A stretch of DNA of 64,000 nt from an uncultured bacterium (GTDB lineage: Bacteria; Actinomycetota; Actinomycetes; Mycobacteriales; CAJCIY01): positions 223,728 through 287,727 of the forward strand of contig CAXTNT010000002.1 in assembly GCA_964245825.1 (NCBI GenBank). The letters are read 5' to 3'. Position numbers and translations under genes: made by a program. Each line of letters opens with the position of its first letter. Positions within the stretch are counted from its first letter, which is position 1. The notes beneath the pieces were generated by a model. It worked only from the letters and a program-made list of their open reading frames with translations. It had not been told where the DNA came from and searched no databases. Below are positions 17,701 through 27,273 of this stretch, in pieces.

Positions 17701-18498
17701 ATGTCGAGTGAGGCCTCCGCGGAACCCGTGCTCGTCGAGCGCGCGGAGGGCGTCGCGACGCTGACGTTGACCGGCCCGTCGCTGACCGCGCAGGCCAAGG
17801 ACGCGTTGCGTACGCAACTCCAGGACGTCGCCGCCGACTCCGCGATCCGCGCGGTGGTGCTGACCGGCTCGGGAAAGATCTTCTGCGCCGGCCAGGACCT
17901 GGGAGAGCATGCTCGAGCGCTGGAGTCCGGCTCTGCCGCGGCGTTCGAGACGCTCGCCCGCGACTACGAGCCGATCGTCACGACCCTGCTGATGATGCCG
18001 AAGCCGGTGGTAGCCGCGGTGAACGGCACCTGCGTCGGCGCGGGCCTGTCCCTCGCGCTCGCCTGCGACCTCCGGCTGGCCCGGAGCACCGCGACGTTCG
18101 CCACGGCCTTCACCGCCATCGGGCTGTCGTTCGACAGCGGCCTGTCCGCGACCTTGGCGCGCGCCATCGGCACCGCGCGAGCCAGCGAGCTGATGCTGCT
18201 CGGTAGCAGGATCTCGGCGGAGACCGCGCTCGCCTGGGGACTGGTCGGCACGGTGGTCGAGGAGGCCGACTGGGACGGCACCGTGCGCGAGGTCGCGGGC
18301 CGACTCGCCACCGGCCCCACCCAGGCGTACGTCGCAGTCAAGCGGGCCATCGCCGCGGCGTGGTCCGCCTCGCTGCCGGACGTGTTCGACGCCGAGCGCG
18401 CGGCGCAGATCGACCTGGGCGGTACGGCCGACCACCGGGCCGCCGTGGCGGCCTTCCTGGCCAAGCGGCGCCCGACCTTCGACGGCCGGCCGCCGTAG
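17701..18498 (+). CDS. Enoyl-CoA hydratase/isomerase (crotonase) family, probable PaaG-type enzyme of the phenylacetate pathway
   Basis: A crotonase fold (VLTGSGKIFCAGQDL, AAVNGTCVGAGLSLALACDLRLA); it sits directly upstream of paaABCDE. Confidence 0.8.
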   Translation: MSSEASAEPVLVERAEGVATLTLTGPSLTAQAKDALRTQLQDVAADSAIRAVVLTGSGKIFCAGQDLGEHARALESGSAAAFETLARDYEPIVTTLLMMPKPVVAAVNGTCVGAGLSLALACDLRLARSTATFATAFTAIGLSFDSGLSATLARAIGTARASELMLLGSRISAETALAWGLVGTVVEEADWDGTVREVAGRLATGPTQAYVAVKRAIAAAWSASLPDVFDAERAAQIDLGGTADHRAAVAAFLAKRRPTFDGRPP

Positions 18499-18525
18499 TC
18501 TGCTTCAGACGCGAAGGAGCGTGGC

Positions 18526-19485
18526 ATGGCGCAGGTGCTCGACAACGACAGCGCATCGCCCGCGCTGACCGAAGGGTTCGAGGCGACCATCGCCCGGGAC
18601 CGCCGGATCGAGCCCCGCGACTGGATGCCCGAGGCGTACCGGAAGACCATGATCCGCCAGATCGCGCAGCACGCGCACTCGGAGATCATCGGCATGCAAC
18701 CCGAGGGCAACTGGATCACCCGCGCACCCTCCCTGCGGCGCAAGGCGATCCTGCTGGCCAAGGTCCAGGACGAGGCCGGACACGGCATGTACCTCTACTC
18801 CGCCGCCGAGACCCTCGGCGCCGACCGCGCCGACCTCACCGACAAGCTGGTGCACGGCCGGCAGAAGTACTCCTCGATCTTCAACTACCCCGCCCTCAGC
18901 TACGCCGACGTCGGCGTCATCGGCTGGCTCGTCGACGGCGCAGCGATCTGCAACCAGGTCCCGCTGTGTCGCAGCAGCTACGGCCCGTACGCCCGCGCCA
19001 TGGTCCGCATCTGCAAGGAGGAGTCCTTCCACCAGCGGCAGGGCTACGAGCTGCTGCTGACGATGATGCGCGGGACGGCGGCCCAGCGGGCCATGGTCCA
19101 GGCCGCGGTCGACCGCTTCTGGTGGCCGTCGCTGATGATGTTCGGGCCGCCTGACGAGGCGTCGCCGAACACGGCGCAGTCGATGGCCTGGGGCGTGAAG
19201 CGGCACACCAACGACGAGCTGCGGCAGCGGTTCGTGGACATGTCCGTCCCGCAGGCCGAGCAGCTCGGCGTCACCCTCCCCGACCCCGCGCTGCGCTGGA
19301 ACGACGAGCGGGGCAGCTACGACTTCGGGGCGGTCGACTGGGCCGAGTTCGACGCCGTGGTCAGGGGCGACGGCCCCTGCAACGCCCAGCGCGTCGCGCA
19401 CCGCAAGGCGGCGCATGACGACGGCGCGTGGGTACGGGCGGCCGCCAGTGCGCACGCCGCGAAGACGCAGGGGGCGAGACGATGA
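18526..19485 (+). CDS. paaA: 1,2-phenylacetyl-CoA epoxidase subunit A
   Basis: A di-iron monooxygenase subunit with the typical PaaA sequence ([25 protein letters not shown]). Confidence 0.9.
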   Translation: MAQVLDNDSASPALTEGFEATIARDRRIEPRDWMPEAYRKTMIRQIAQHAHSEIIGMQPEGNWITRAPSLRRKAILLAKVQDEAGHGMYLYSAAETLGADRADLTDKLVHGRQKYSSIFNYPALSYADVGVIGWLVDGAAICNQVPLCRSSYGPYARAMVRICKEESFHQRQGYELLLTMMRGTAAQRAMVQAAVDRFWWPSLMMFGPPDEASPNTAQSMAWGVKRHTNDELRQRFVDMSVPQAEQLGVTLPDPALRWNDERGSYDFGAVDWAEFDAVVRGDGPCNAQRVAHRKAAHDDGAWVRAAASAHAAKTQGARR

Positions 19486-19522
19486 GTGCGCACGCCGCGA
19501 AGGCGCAGGGGGCGGGCCGGTG
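19447..19522. repeat. 38-bp imperfect tandem duplication spanning the paaA stop and paaB start
   Basis: agtgcgcacgccgcgaagacgcagggggcgagacgatg / agtgcgcacgccgcgaaggcgcagggggcgggccggtg. Copy 1 ends at the paaA TGA and copy 2 ends in the paaB GTG. Confidence 0.85.
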
Positions 19523-19882
19523 AGCGAGCTCGCGGCGGAGGGCGGCCACGGCGCCGTGCCGCTCACCGGCATTCCCGTTGCGCCGCAGGCAGCTGCGGTG
19601 CGTTCCGACTGGCCGCTGTACGAGGTGTTCCTGCGCGGCAAGCGGGGCCTCAACCACGTGCACGTCGGGTCGCTGCATGCCGCCGACCCGGTGATGGCGC
19701 TGCACCATGCCCGCGACCTGTACACCCGCCGCAACGAGGGCGTCAGCATCTGGGTCGTCCCGAGCGCGGCCATCACGGCCAGCAGCCCCGACGAGAAGGA
19801 CCCGTTCTTCGCCCCGGCGGCCGACAAGGTCTATCGGCACCCGACGTTCTACGTCATCCCCGACGACGTCCCGCACATGTGA
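19520..19882 (+). CDS. paaB: 1,2-phenylacetyl-CoA epoxidase subunit B
   Basis: A PaaB-family small subunit (WPLYEVFLRGKRGLNHVHVGSLHAADPVMALHHARDLYTRR). The GTG start is created by the second copy of a 38-bp tandem duplication. Confidence 0.85.
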   Translation: MSELAAEGGHGAVPLTGIPVAPQAAAVRSDWPLYEVFLRGKRGLNHVHVGSLHAADPVMALHHARDLYTRRNEGVSIWVVPSAAITASSPDEKDPFFAPAADKVYRHPTFYVIPDDVPHM

Positions 19883-20775
19883 GCGGTGTGGCCATCAGCA
19901 ACGACGAGAGCGTCTACCGGTCGCTCGCCGAGCAGGGCGAGGACCACCGCTGGGCGTTCGGCACCGGCTTCACCGATCCCCTCGAGGGCGTGGACACCAC
20001 GGTGCCCGCCGGCGTCGACGGCGCGGCGCTCGCCGCGTACTGCCTGATGCTCGGGGACGACGCGCTGATCTACTCGCATCGGCTGCAGCAGTGGATGACC
20101 CGCGCGCCGGAGCTGGAGGAGGAGACCGCGCTCGGCAACATCGCGCTGGACCTGCTCGGCGAGGCCAGGCTGCTGCTCTCCCGGGCGGGTCGGGCGGACG
20201 GCACCGGCCGGGACGAGGACGCCCTGGCCTTCTTCCGCGACGAGCGCGACTTCCGCAACGTCCGGCTCGTCGAGCGCCTGGACGCGGACTTCGCCGAGCT
20301 CATCGGCCGGCTGCTGGTGTTCTCCTGCTGGCGGCTCGCGCTGTTCGACCGCCTCCGCGACAGCCGCGACCCGGTCCTGGCCGCCATCGCCGGCAAGGGC
20401 GTCCACGAGCTGACCTACCACCGCGACTACGCGGCGCAGTGGGTCGTTCGGCTGGGGGACGGGACCCCCGAGTCCCACCGCCGCATGCAGTCCGCGCTGG
20501 ACGTCCTCTGGCCGCTGGTCGACGAGCTGTTCACCGGCCACCCGGTCGAGTCCGCGCTCCCCGGGGTCGCCGCGGCGGCGGCCGGGCTGCGGGTCGAGGT
20601 GGACCTCGTCCTCGACACCGTGCTGGCCGCAGCCGGTCTCGACCGGCCCGAGGTGCGGCCACTGGCGGGCGTCGGCGGCCTGGCCGGTCGCGACGGTCTG
20701 CACACCGAGGCGATGGGCTACCTCCTGGCCGAGTTGCAGAGCGTCGCCCGGGCCGACCCGGAGGCGACCTGGTGA
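19879..20775 (+). CDS. paaC: 1,2-phenylacetyl-CoA epoxidase subunit C
   Basis: A GTG start overlapping the paaB stop. It is a PaaC-like ferritin-fold protein, consistent with its position in the operon. Confidence 0.8.
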   Translation: MSGVAISNDESVYRSLAEQGEDHRWAFGTGFTDPLEGVDTTVPAGVDGAALAAYCLMLGDDALIYSHRLQQWMTRAPELEEETALGNIALDLLGEARLLLSRAGRADGTGRDEDALAFFRDERDFRNVRLVERLDADFAELIGRLLVFSCWRLALFDRLRDSRDPVLAAIAGKGVHELTYHRDYAAQWVVRLGDGTPESHRRMQSALDVLWPLVDELFTGHPVESALPGVAAAAAGLRVEVDLVLDTVLAAAGLDRPEVRPLAGVGGLAGRDGLHTEAMGYLLAELQSVARADPEATW

Positions 20776-21275
20776 GCGCACCGGCCAGCGCGGACGCCTG
20801 GGCCGTCGCCGCGGCCGTGCCCGACCCGGAGCTGCCGATGGTGACCCTCGCCGACCTCGGCATCCTGCGCGACGTCGAGACGGTGGGAGAGACGGTCACG
20901 GTGACCATCACGCCCACGTACACCGGCTGTCCGGCGATGGCGGAGATGGGCCGGGACCTGCGCAACCGCCTGCGGCAGAAGGGCTTTCTCCATGTCACGG
21001 TACGCACGGCACTCGCCCCCGCCTGGAGTAGTGACTGGATCACGCCAGCGGGCCGGGCGAAGCTGGCGGCCGCCGGGATCGCACCCCCGAACGCCGCCCG
21101 GCGCCAGGACGGCCCGATCCCGCTGACGCTGGTCGCGCGCCCGCGCACGGTCCGCTGCCCATACTGCGGCGCCGCGGAGACCCGGCAGACGGCAGCGTTC
21201 AGCGCCACCGCGTGCAAGGCGCTCTACCGGTGCGAGCGCTGCGACGAGCCGTTCGAGTACGTCAAGGAGCTCTGA
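20772..21275 (+). CDS. paaD: 1,2-phenylacetyl-CoA epoxidase subunit D (SufT/DUF59-like)
   Basis: A GTGA overlap with paaC. It has the C-terminal Cys cluster (CPYCG...CERCDEPFEY) and the DUF59 core (TVTITPTYTGCPAMAEM). Confidence 0.85.
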   Translation: MSAPASADAWAVAAAVPDPELPMVTLADLGILRDVETVGETVTVTITPTYTGCPAMAEMGRDLRNRLRQKGFLHVTVRTALAPAWSSDWITPAGRAKLAAAGIAPPNAARRQDGPIPLTLVARPRTVRCPYCGAAETRQTAAFSATACKALYRCERCDEPFEYVKEL

Positions 21276-21278
21276 GCT

Positions 21279-22328
21279 TTGGCCCGCCCCGACTTCCACG
21301 CCCTGCGCGTTGCCGCGGTCGATGCCCTCACCGACGACGCCGCCGCCGTGACCTTCGCCGTTCCGGACGCCCTCGCCGACCTGTTCGCCTTCGCGCCCGG
21401 ACAGTCCCTGACCCTCGAGGTCGGCGGGGAGCGCCGTTCGTACTCCATCTGCGCACCCGTCGGTCACCCGCCGCGCATCGGTGTGCGCGTGGTCGAGGGA
21501 GGCGCCGTCAGCGGCTGGCTGGTCCGCGCGGCGCGAACCGGCGACGTGGTGGCGGTCCAGCGTCCGGCCGGGTCCTTCACCCCCGACCTGGGCGTACCGG
21601 GTCACCACGTGCTCATCGCCGCCGGCTCCGGCATCACGCCCATGCTGTCGATCGCGGCGTCGGTGCTGGCGGCGAGCCCGGACTCCGGCGTGACCCTGCT
21701 GTACGGGAACCGGCGCAGCGACTCGGTGATGTTCGCCGACGAGATCGCCGACCTGAAGGACGCGTACCCGACGCGGATGCGGCTGGTGCACGTGCTGTCG
21801 CGGGAGCCGCAGGAGGTCGAGCTGTTCAGCGGACGCCTCGACGCCGACAAGCTGCGGGCGCTGCTGCCGGTGACCGTCGAGGTGGCGGACGTCGACCACT
21901 GGTGGCTCTGCGGTCCCTACGGCCTGGTCGCCGGCGCGATCGACGTCCTCGCCGGCCTCGGGGTGCCGAGGGACCGGGTGCACCGCGAGCTGTTCTACGT
22001 CGAGGACGACCCGCCGGCGGCGGCCCGGCACGACGAGGCGCCGATCGGGGTAGGGGCCGAGGTCACCGTGGTGCTGGACGGGCGCAGCACCACGGTCCTG
22101 GTGGCCCCGGGTACGCCGGTGCTCGACGGCGCCCAGCGGGTGCGGCCCGATCTGCCGTTCGCCTGCAAGGGCGGCGTCTGCGGGACGTGCCGGGCGCGGG
22201 TCACCGCCGGCGAGGTCCGGATGCGGCGCAACTTCGCGCTCGAACCGGCCGAGGTCGAGGCCGGCTTCGTGCTGACCTGCCAGGCCGTGCCGGTGTCGGC
22301 CACCGTGACGGTCGACTTCGACTCCTGA
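21279..22328 (+). CDS. paaE: Phenylacetyl-CoA epoxidase reductase subunit (FNR-like FAD/NAD module plus plant-type 2Fe-2S ferredoxin)
   Basis: A TTG start. It has the FAD motif RSYSI, an NAD motif (LIAAGSGITP) and a C-terminal 2Fe-2S domain (CKGGVCGTC...C). Confidence 0.85.
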   Translation: MARPDFHALRVAAVDALTDDAAAVTFAVPDALADLFAFAPGQSLTLEVGGERRSYSICAPVGHPPRIGVRVVEGGAVSGWLVRAARTGDVVAVQRPAGSFTPDLGVPGHHVLIAAGSGITPMLSIAASVLAASPDSGVTLLYGNRRSDSVMFADEIADLKDAYPTRMRLVHVLSREPQEVELFSGRLDADKLRALLPVTVEVADVDHWWLCGPYGLVAGAIDVLAGLGVPRDRVHRELFYVEDDPPAAARHDEAPIGVGAEVTVVLDGRSTTVLVAPGTPVLDGAQRVRPDLPFACKGGVCGTCRARVTAGEVRMRRNFALEPAEVEAGFVLTCQAVPVSATVTVDFDS

Positions 22329-22369
22329 CCGGGCGACCCGGGACAGGCGAGCCACGCTGCGGACACAGG

Positions 22370-22412
22370 GACGAGCCCCTGCCGGCGAGAAGGTCGCCAG
22401 CAGGGGCTCGTC
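22370..22412. terminator. Strong GC-rich hairpin between convergent paaE (+) and the G1-like gene (-), a probable bidirectional intrinsic terminator
   Basis: A perfect 13-bp inverted repeat gacgagcccctgc...gcaggggctcgtc around a 17-nt spacer. The spacer itself contains a nested 5-bp stem (ggcga/tcgcc). There is no U-tract, which is common in high-GC actinobacteria. Confidence 0.6.
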
Positions 22413-22425
22413 AGCGCGAGCTGGT

Positions 22426-23172
22426 CTACTGGTGCTTCCAGGCCACCGTGAAGGTCTCGTGGTGGGTGTTCAGGCTGCCTGGCTTGGCCTGCGTGACCCC
22501 GTTCAGCATCTCGGTCACCGCCGAGGTGGTGTGCGTGTTGATGTACGCACCGTCGAGCACCGTGTCGGAGAACGTCACCGTTCCGAAGCCGGCCAGGCTG
22601 TAGAACGGAACCTCGAGGTTGCCGGTCAGGAACTGGTTGTCGATCTCGGCCTGCGGGCCGTCGTCGATGTACGCCTCGGCTCCGGTCGTCTCGTCGTAGG
22701 CGTAGACGTCTGTCTCCGAGTTGCTCTCGTAGACGTAGGTCTGCACCCGGTCACCGGGTGCAGCCGCGGCCGTGTTTATCTGGTTGTTGCGGACGTCGTA
22801 GGCCTGCAAAGCCGCGGTCGCCATGCCGTGGCTGCACCCGTACGCGACGAGGGCCTGCGCGTTGTACGCCTTGGCGGTGGTGAAGCCGACCGTACCCAGG
22901 AACGCGTAGCCGTCCTTGGAGCAGTGGGTGGGGATGGTGAACTGGGAGTACGAGTAGTAGTCGGCCCCGGGCTTGCTGATATACCCGGCCCCGAGCGTGG
23001 TCTTGCCCGCCTTCGCAACGGCCGCCGGGCGCAGGCCCGAGGTGTGCGGCATCGCCGCGACGGGAGCGGGGCGGGTCTGGTGGAGGCTGGCCGCACCGGC
23101 TGAGCTGCCGATCAGCAGCAGTGCCAGTCCGGCGCCGGCGGCGGCCACGGTGGGAAGTACGCGAGCGAACAT
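22426..23172 (-). CDS. Secreted protein, possibly a G1/peptidase-A4 (eqolisin)-like fold
   Basis: A signal peptide (MFARVLPTVAAAGAGLALLLIGSSAGAAS) followed by a beta-rich domain. Its motifs (SQFTIP, ATAALQ, AEAYIDDG, LAGFGTVTFSDT) resemble scytalidoglutamic-peptidase blocks (TGEFTVP, TAILQ, AEFIIEDFE, FADFGSVTF). It lies downstream of the S8 peptidase gene on the same strand. The family assignment is tentative. Confidence 0.45.
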   Translation of the reverse strand: MFARVLPTVAAAGAGLALLLIGSSAGAASLHQTRPAPVAAMPHTSGLRPAAVAKAGKTTLGAGYISKPGADYYSYSQFTIPTHCSKDGYAFLGTVGFTTAKAYNAQALVAYGCSHGMATAALQAYDVRNNQINTAAAAPGDRVQTYVYESNSETDVYAYDETTGAEAYIDDGPQAEIDNQFLTGNLEVPFYSLAGFGTVTFSDTVLDGAYINTHTTSAVTEMLNGVTQAKPGSLNTHHETFTVAWKHQ

Positions 23173-23273
23173 CGAAACTCCTATGGTGAGTGCGAGCACG
23201 GGGTCGGGTCTCCGCCCCGTGCTGATAGGAGGCGATGGGGGTCGCGCTGATACGTCGCGGCCAGCCGGTCGGG

Positions 23274-24569
23274 TCAGTAGCCCCGAGGGTCGGGGTCGTA
23301 GGTCATGCCCGGCTCGGCCACCGCACCCACTCCTGGGGTCGCGTTCCGCAGCGCGAGCCGGAGGATCGAGTCAGCGGCCTGCCGACCGCTCTGACCCGTG
23401 TTCGACATCCGGGCCGCGATCATCCCGGCCACGATCGGAGTCGAGAAGGAGGTGCCGCTCCAGGTGGCCATGCCGTTGCTGAACTCGGCGGTCTGCCCGA
23501 TGCGCGGTGGCTCCCGGTAGAGGTACGTGCCGTCGGGATAGGCGTTGACGATGTCGCGTCCGACGGCGTACACGTCGACCCAGCTGCCGTGGTCGGAGAA
23601 GTCGGCGCGGGTTCCGTCTCGTTCCAGCGCGCCGACGGAGACGGCCCAGGGAAAGGCGGCGGGCCAGAACGGCTGCCGGCTGCTGTTATTGCCCGCCGCT
23701 GCGACCAGGACTGCGCCCTTGGCGTACCGCAGCCTGTGCTCCCAGAGGACCTCGAACCCCAGCGGCGGCAGGTCGTGGCGGGTCGTGCCGCCTGCGGACA
23801 TGCTGATCACGTCGGGCGTCCGGTCCATGGCGTGGGCCAGCTGACGGAGCATGCCGGACTCCGTGACGGCACCGGCCCGGTTGAGCAGGTCCTCCACGTG
23901 CACGTCGGCGTACGGCGCCAGACACCGGACGACCCCGGCCACGAACGTGCCATGTCCGACGTACGGACCGATGTCCGTCGGATCGTACGGCTCCGGCTGC
24001 CCGGTGACGCCGGACAGCCAGCCGTGCTGGGCGTCTTCCAGGGCCAGGATCAGACCGGTGTCCACGACCTCGACCCGACACCCCTGACCACCGGCGCCGC
24101 CGGCCGGGGCGAGGGAGACCGGCGGGTCCGGATCGACGGACGGGACGGGCGTGGGCTCCGTCGCCGGGCAACAGCTGCGGGGTGTGACGTAGAAGATGTG
24201 GTCAGGGGTCGCGATGCCGACGCCGAGGGCCGCGTCGATCGCCGCTAGCGCGGCCAACGTCGTCAGCCCCTCGGGCGCATAGGCGGTCAGGCCGTTCACC
24301 AGCGCGTCGACGACCCGGCCCGGGACTTCCGCGCGTACCCGCTCGAGGTCCTCGTCACGAACCAGGATGCGGCCTTCGACATAGAGGTACTCCATGTCCG
24401 CCGGCCGCCCCGGCGGGTAGACCGCCGCGCCCTCGATCGCCGACAGGATGAGCTCGACCTGGATCCCCAGTCGTTCGCGCTGCCAGTCCCGCCCCGGCCG
24501 CTGGCGGCCGCCGTCACCGGGCTGGCCGCGTTTCGCCACGGAGCCGCCGCTGTCGGCCATCGCGATCAC
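23274..24569 (-). CDS. S8-family serine peptidase (subtilase) with no signal peptide, predicted cytoplasmic
   Basis: Catalytic triad blocks: D (VEVVDTGL), H (HGTFVAGVV) and S (GTSFSTPIVAG). There is an N-terminal ~130-aa non-catalytic domain with no hydrophobic leader. Confidence 0.85.
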   Translation of the reverse strand: MIAMADSGGSVAKRGQPGDGGRQRPGRDWQRERLGIQVELILSAIEGAAVYPPGRPADMEYLYVEGRILVRDEDLERVRAEVPGRVVDALVNGLTAYAPEGLTTLAALAAIDAALGVGIATPDHIFYVTPRSCCPATEPTPVPSVDPDPPVSLAPAGGAGGQGCRVEVVDTGLILALEDAQHGWLSGVTGQPEPYDPTDIGPYVGHGTFVAGVVRCLAPYADVHVEDLLNRAGAVTESGMLRQLAHAMDRTPDVISMSAGGTTRHDLPPLGFEVLWEHRLRYAKGAVLVAAAGNNSSRQPFWPAAFPWAVSVGALERDGTRADFSDHGSWVDVYAVGRDIVNAYPDGTYLYREPPRIGQTAEFSNGMATWSGTSFSTPIVAGMIAARMSNTGQSGRQAADSILRLALRNATPGVGAVAEPGMTYDPDPRGY

Positions 24570-24687
24570 CTCGTTCGCAGGGAAAAGCGATGTCTACCAT
24601 CGCGACGTGGCAGCGGAAAGGTCCGGCAGCGTCGCCGACGTCCAGGCCACCGCACCCCGATGGCCAGCGGGACCGGACCTCCTGGCG

Positions 24688-27243
24688 ATGGCTCTGTCGA
24701 CTCCCGCGCAGGCGCTCGAGCTGGCCCACCGAACCCTGGCGGCGGATCCCGATGACGGCGCCGCGTCCTATGCGCACCAGGCGGCCGGCATCGTGCTGCG
24801 TGATCGAGGGGAGCTGTCCACGGCGTTGCCCGAGCTGCGTGCCGCGCTCCGTAGTGCGCGCCGGTCCGGCGCACGCGAACGTGTCGTCGACGTCCAGGCG
24901 ACGCTGGGCGCCGCGGAGGCGATGGCCGGCCACAGCGGGCGGGGTCTGGCCCGGCTGGAGTCGGCTGCCCAGGATGCCCATGGCTTGCTGCTGGCCACGG
25001 TGCGGCTCCGGCGGGCGTACGTACTGGGTGACCTCGGCCGGTTCGAGGAGGCGCTGCGCGATCTCCGGTTGGCACTGCGGGCAGCACGTCGGTGCGGAGA
25101 CCGGCTCTGGGAGGCGCGCATCCTCCACAACCGCGCGTGGACCTGGCTCGCCATCGGAGCGCTGGGCCGAGCCGATGCGGATGCAGCCGCCGCCGGGCGC
25201 CTGTTCGACCAGCTGGGTCAGACGTTGGAATCGGTGCAGGCTCAGCACAATCGGGCCGCCGTGGCCGCGGGGCGGGGGGACCTCCCACGAGCGCTGCACC
25301 TGCTGGACGCCGCGGAGTCCCGGTACCAGACACTCGGGGTCTTCGAGCCGGAGCTGGTCGTCAACAGGGGGCACGTCCTGCTCGCGGCAGGGCTCGCCAC
25401 GGAGGCCGCGGCCGCGGCCGAGGCCGCGATCGTGGGGGGCACGTCGCACCCCGTCCACCACGCCGAGCTCCTGCTGTTCGCGGCCAGGGCGGCCCTGGCG
25501 GCCGAGCAGCCCGAGCGCGCGCAGCGGTGGGCCCGCGCCGCGCTCCGGCTCTTCAAATCCCAGCAGCGTCCCGGCTGGGTGCTGCGGGCGCGGCTCCTGC
25601 ACTGCCAGGCCCGGTACGCCCACGGCGACCGGACACACCGGCTTCTCGCCGCGGCGGCGCAGGTCGCCGAGCAGCTGCGCGAGCGCGACGACGAGGAGGC
25701 CGCCTTGGCCTTCCTGCTCGCCGCCCGGCTGGCGCAGGCCCGGGGCCAGGACGCACTGGGTGCGTCGAGCCTGCGAAGCGCGGCGGGCTACCGCCGGCGC
25801 GGGTCGGCCCTGACGCGCGCCACCGGATGGCTGGCGGCAGCCATGGAGCATGCGTCGGTCGGTGACGAGCGGGGTCTGCTGTCCGCCTGCGGGCGGGGGC
25901 TCGACGCGCTGGACGAGCACCGGCTGCTGTTCGGCGCCGCCGAGATCCGGGCCATCGCCACCTGGCACGGCCGCGATCTGGCCTCCTTCGCCATCGACGC
26001 CGCCAGTCGGCGGGCCTCCCCTCGCTTGATGCTGACCTGGACCGAGCGCTCCCGCGCGATCTCGCTGGCCGAGCCGTCGGTGCGGGCACAGCCCGACCCC
26101 GAGCTGGAGCAGGAGCTCGGCGCCGTCCGCGACGCGGCGAGGCGTTGTGCGGACGCGGAGCGGAGCGGCGCCGGAGTGACGAGCGCGCTGCAGCAACGCG
26201 ACGCTGGCGAGCGCGCGGTACGCCGGCGGCGTCGCCAGCTCTCGGGCTCCACCGGCTCGGTCCCGCGGCTCGACATCGAGCTCCTGTTGGCGGAGCTCGG
26301 GGCCGCCACGCTGCTTTCGCTGGTGGAGACGGGCGGGCGCCTGCAGGTGTTGCAGGTCGGCCACGGTCGGGTGCGCCGGCATGACGTCGGACCGGTCTCC
26401 GCTGCGGTCAGGGAGCTCGACTACGTGCTGTTCGCCCTGCGCCGGGCCGCGTACGGGCGCGCCGGCGGGACGGCGGCGCTGGCTGCCCGGCTGGAGCAGG
26501 CGGTGCTCGGAGCTGTCGGACGGGTTGTGCCCGACGGTCCCGTGGTCGTGGTGCCGTCCACCCGGTTCCACGCCCTGCCGTGGGGATTGCTGCCCGCACT
26601 GGCAGACCGGCCGGTGGCGGTGGCGCCGTCGGCGCAGGTGTGGCAACGCGCGGCCTGCGCCGCCACGCGTCCGTGCCCGGACCGACGGGTGCTGCTGGTC
26701 GCCGGACCCGACCTGGGAACCCGAGCCGCCGAGGTCGTCGCGCTGGCGTCGGTGCACGCGTCGCCAGAGGTGGTCGGTCGTGCGGCAGCTGCCCCCGCTG
26801 CCACCGTCGACCGCGTCGTGGCCGGCATGAACGGCGCCTGGGTCGCGCACATTGCTGCGCACGGCGACTTCCGCGCCGACAGCCCGCTGTTCTCCTCGGT
26901 ACGACTCGACGACGGCGCGCTGTTCGTGCACGACCTCGACCGGGTCCGGCAGGCGCCCCGCACCGTCGTGCTGTCCGCGTGCGAGACCGGGGTCGGGGTC
27001 CCGGTAGGTACGCAGGAGCTGCTCGGACTGGTCAGCGGCCTGCTGCGGGCGGGGACCGCGAGCGTGTGTGCCAGCGTCGTGCCGGTACACGACGCTGCGG
27101 CGATCCCCATCGTGTCGGCCGTGCACCGGGCCCTGGCCGACGGCAGGACGCTGCCGGAAGCGGCCCTGGCCGGTCGGCGCGCCGCAGCCGGCGACGAGCT
27201 GGCGGTCTGCACCGCCGCCTCGTTCAGCGTCTGGGGTGCCTAG
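24688..27243 (+). CDS. Tetratricopeptide-like helical repeat protein with a C-terminal CHAT (caspase-like) domain
   Basis: About 600 aa of Ala/Leu/Arg-rich TPR-like repeats, then a CHAT domain with a His/Cys dyad (GAWVAHIAAHGDF ... VVLSACETGVG). It is transcribed divergently from the S8 gene (118-bp spacer). The start is taken as the first ATG after the spacer; an upstream GTG is possible. Confidence 0.8.
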   Translation: MALSTPAQALELAHRTLAADPDDGAASYAHQAAGIVLRDRGELSTALPELRAALRSARRSGARERVVDVQATLGAAEAMAGHSGRGLARLESAAQDAHGLLLATVRLRRAYVLGDLGRFEEALRDLRLALRAARRCGDRLWEARILHNRAWTWLAIGALGRADADAAAAGRLFDQLGQTLESVQAQHNRAAVAAGRGDLPRALHLLDAAESRYQTLGVFEPELVVNRGHVLLAAGLATEAAAAAEAAIVGGTSHPVHHAELLLFAARAALAAEQPERAQRWARAALRLFKSQQRPGWVLRARLLHCQARYAHGDRTHRLLAAAAQVAEQLRERDDEEAALAFLLAARLAQARGQDALGASSLRSAAGYRRRGSALTRATGWLAAAMEHASVGDERGLLSACGRGLDALDEHRLLFGAAEIRAIATWHGRDLASFAIDAASRRASPRLMLTWTERSRAISLAEPSVRAQPDPELEQELGAVRDAARRCADAERSGAGVTSALQQRDAGERAVRRRRRQLSGSTGSVPRLDIELLLAELGAATLLSLVETGGRLQVLQVGHGRVRRHDVGPVSAAVRELDYVLFALRRAAYGRAGGTAALAARLEQAVLGAVGRVVPDGPVVVVPSTRFHALPWGLLPALADRPVAVAPSAQVWQRAACAATRPCPDRRVLLVAGPDLGTRAAEVVALASVHASPEVVGRAAAAPAATVDRVVAGMNGAWVAHIAAHGDFRADSPLFSSVRLDDGALFVHDLDRVRQAPRTVVLSACETGVGVPVGTQELLGLVSGLLRAGTASVCASVVPVHDAAAIPIVSAVHRALADGRTLPEAALAGRRAAAGDELAVCTAASFSVWGA

Positions 27244-27273
27244 CCGGCGGGTCGACACCCAGCCGAGCGGCGT

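Noticed and set aside
24514-27258. A 914-aa minus-strand ORF opposite the TPR-CHAT gene
   Set aside because: Its composition is Arg/Gly/Pro-rich with no motifs. The plus-strand frame has a convincing CHAT His/Cys dyad and TPR-like repeats.
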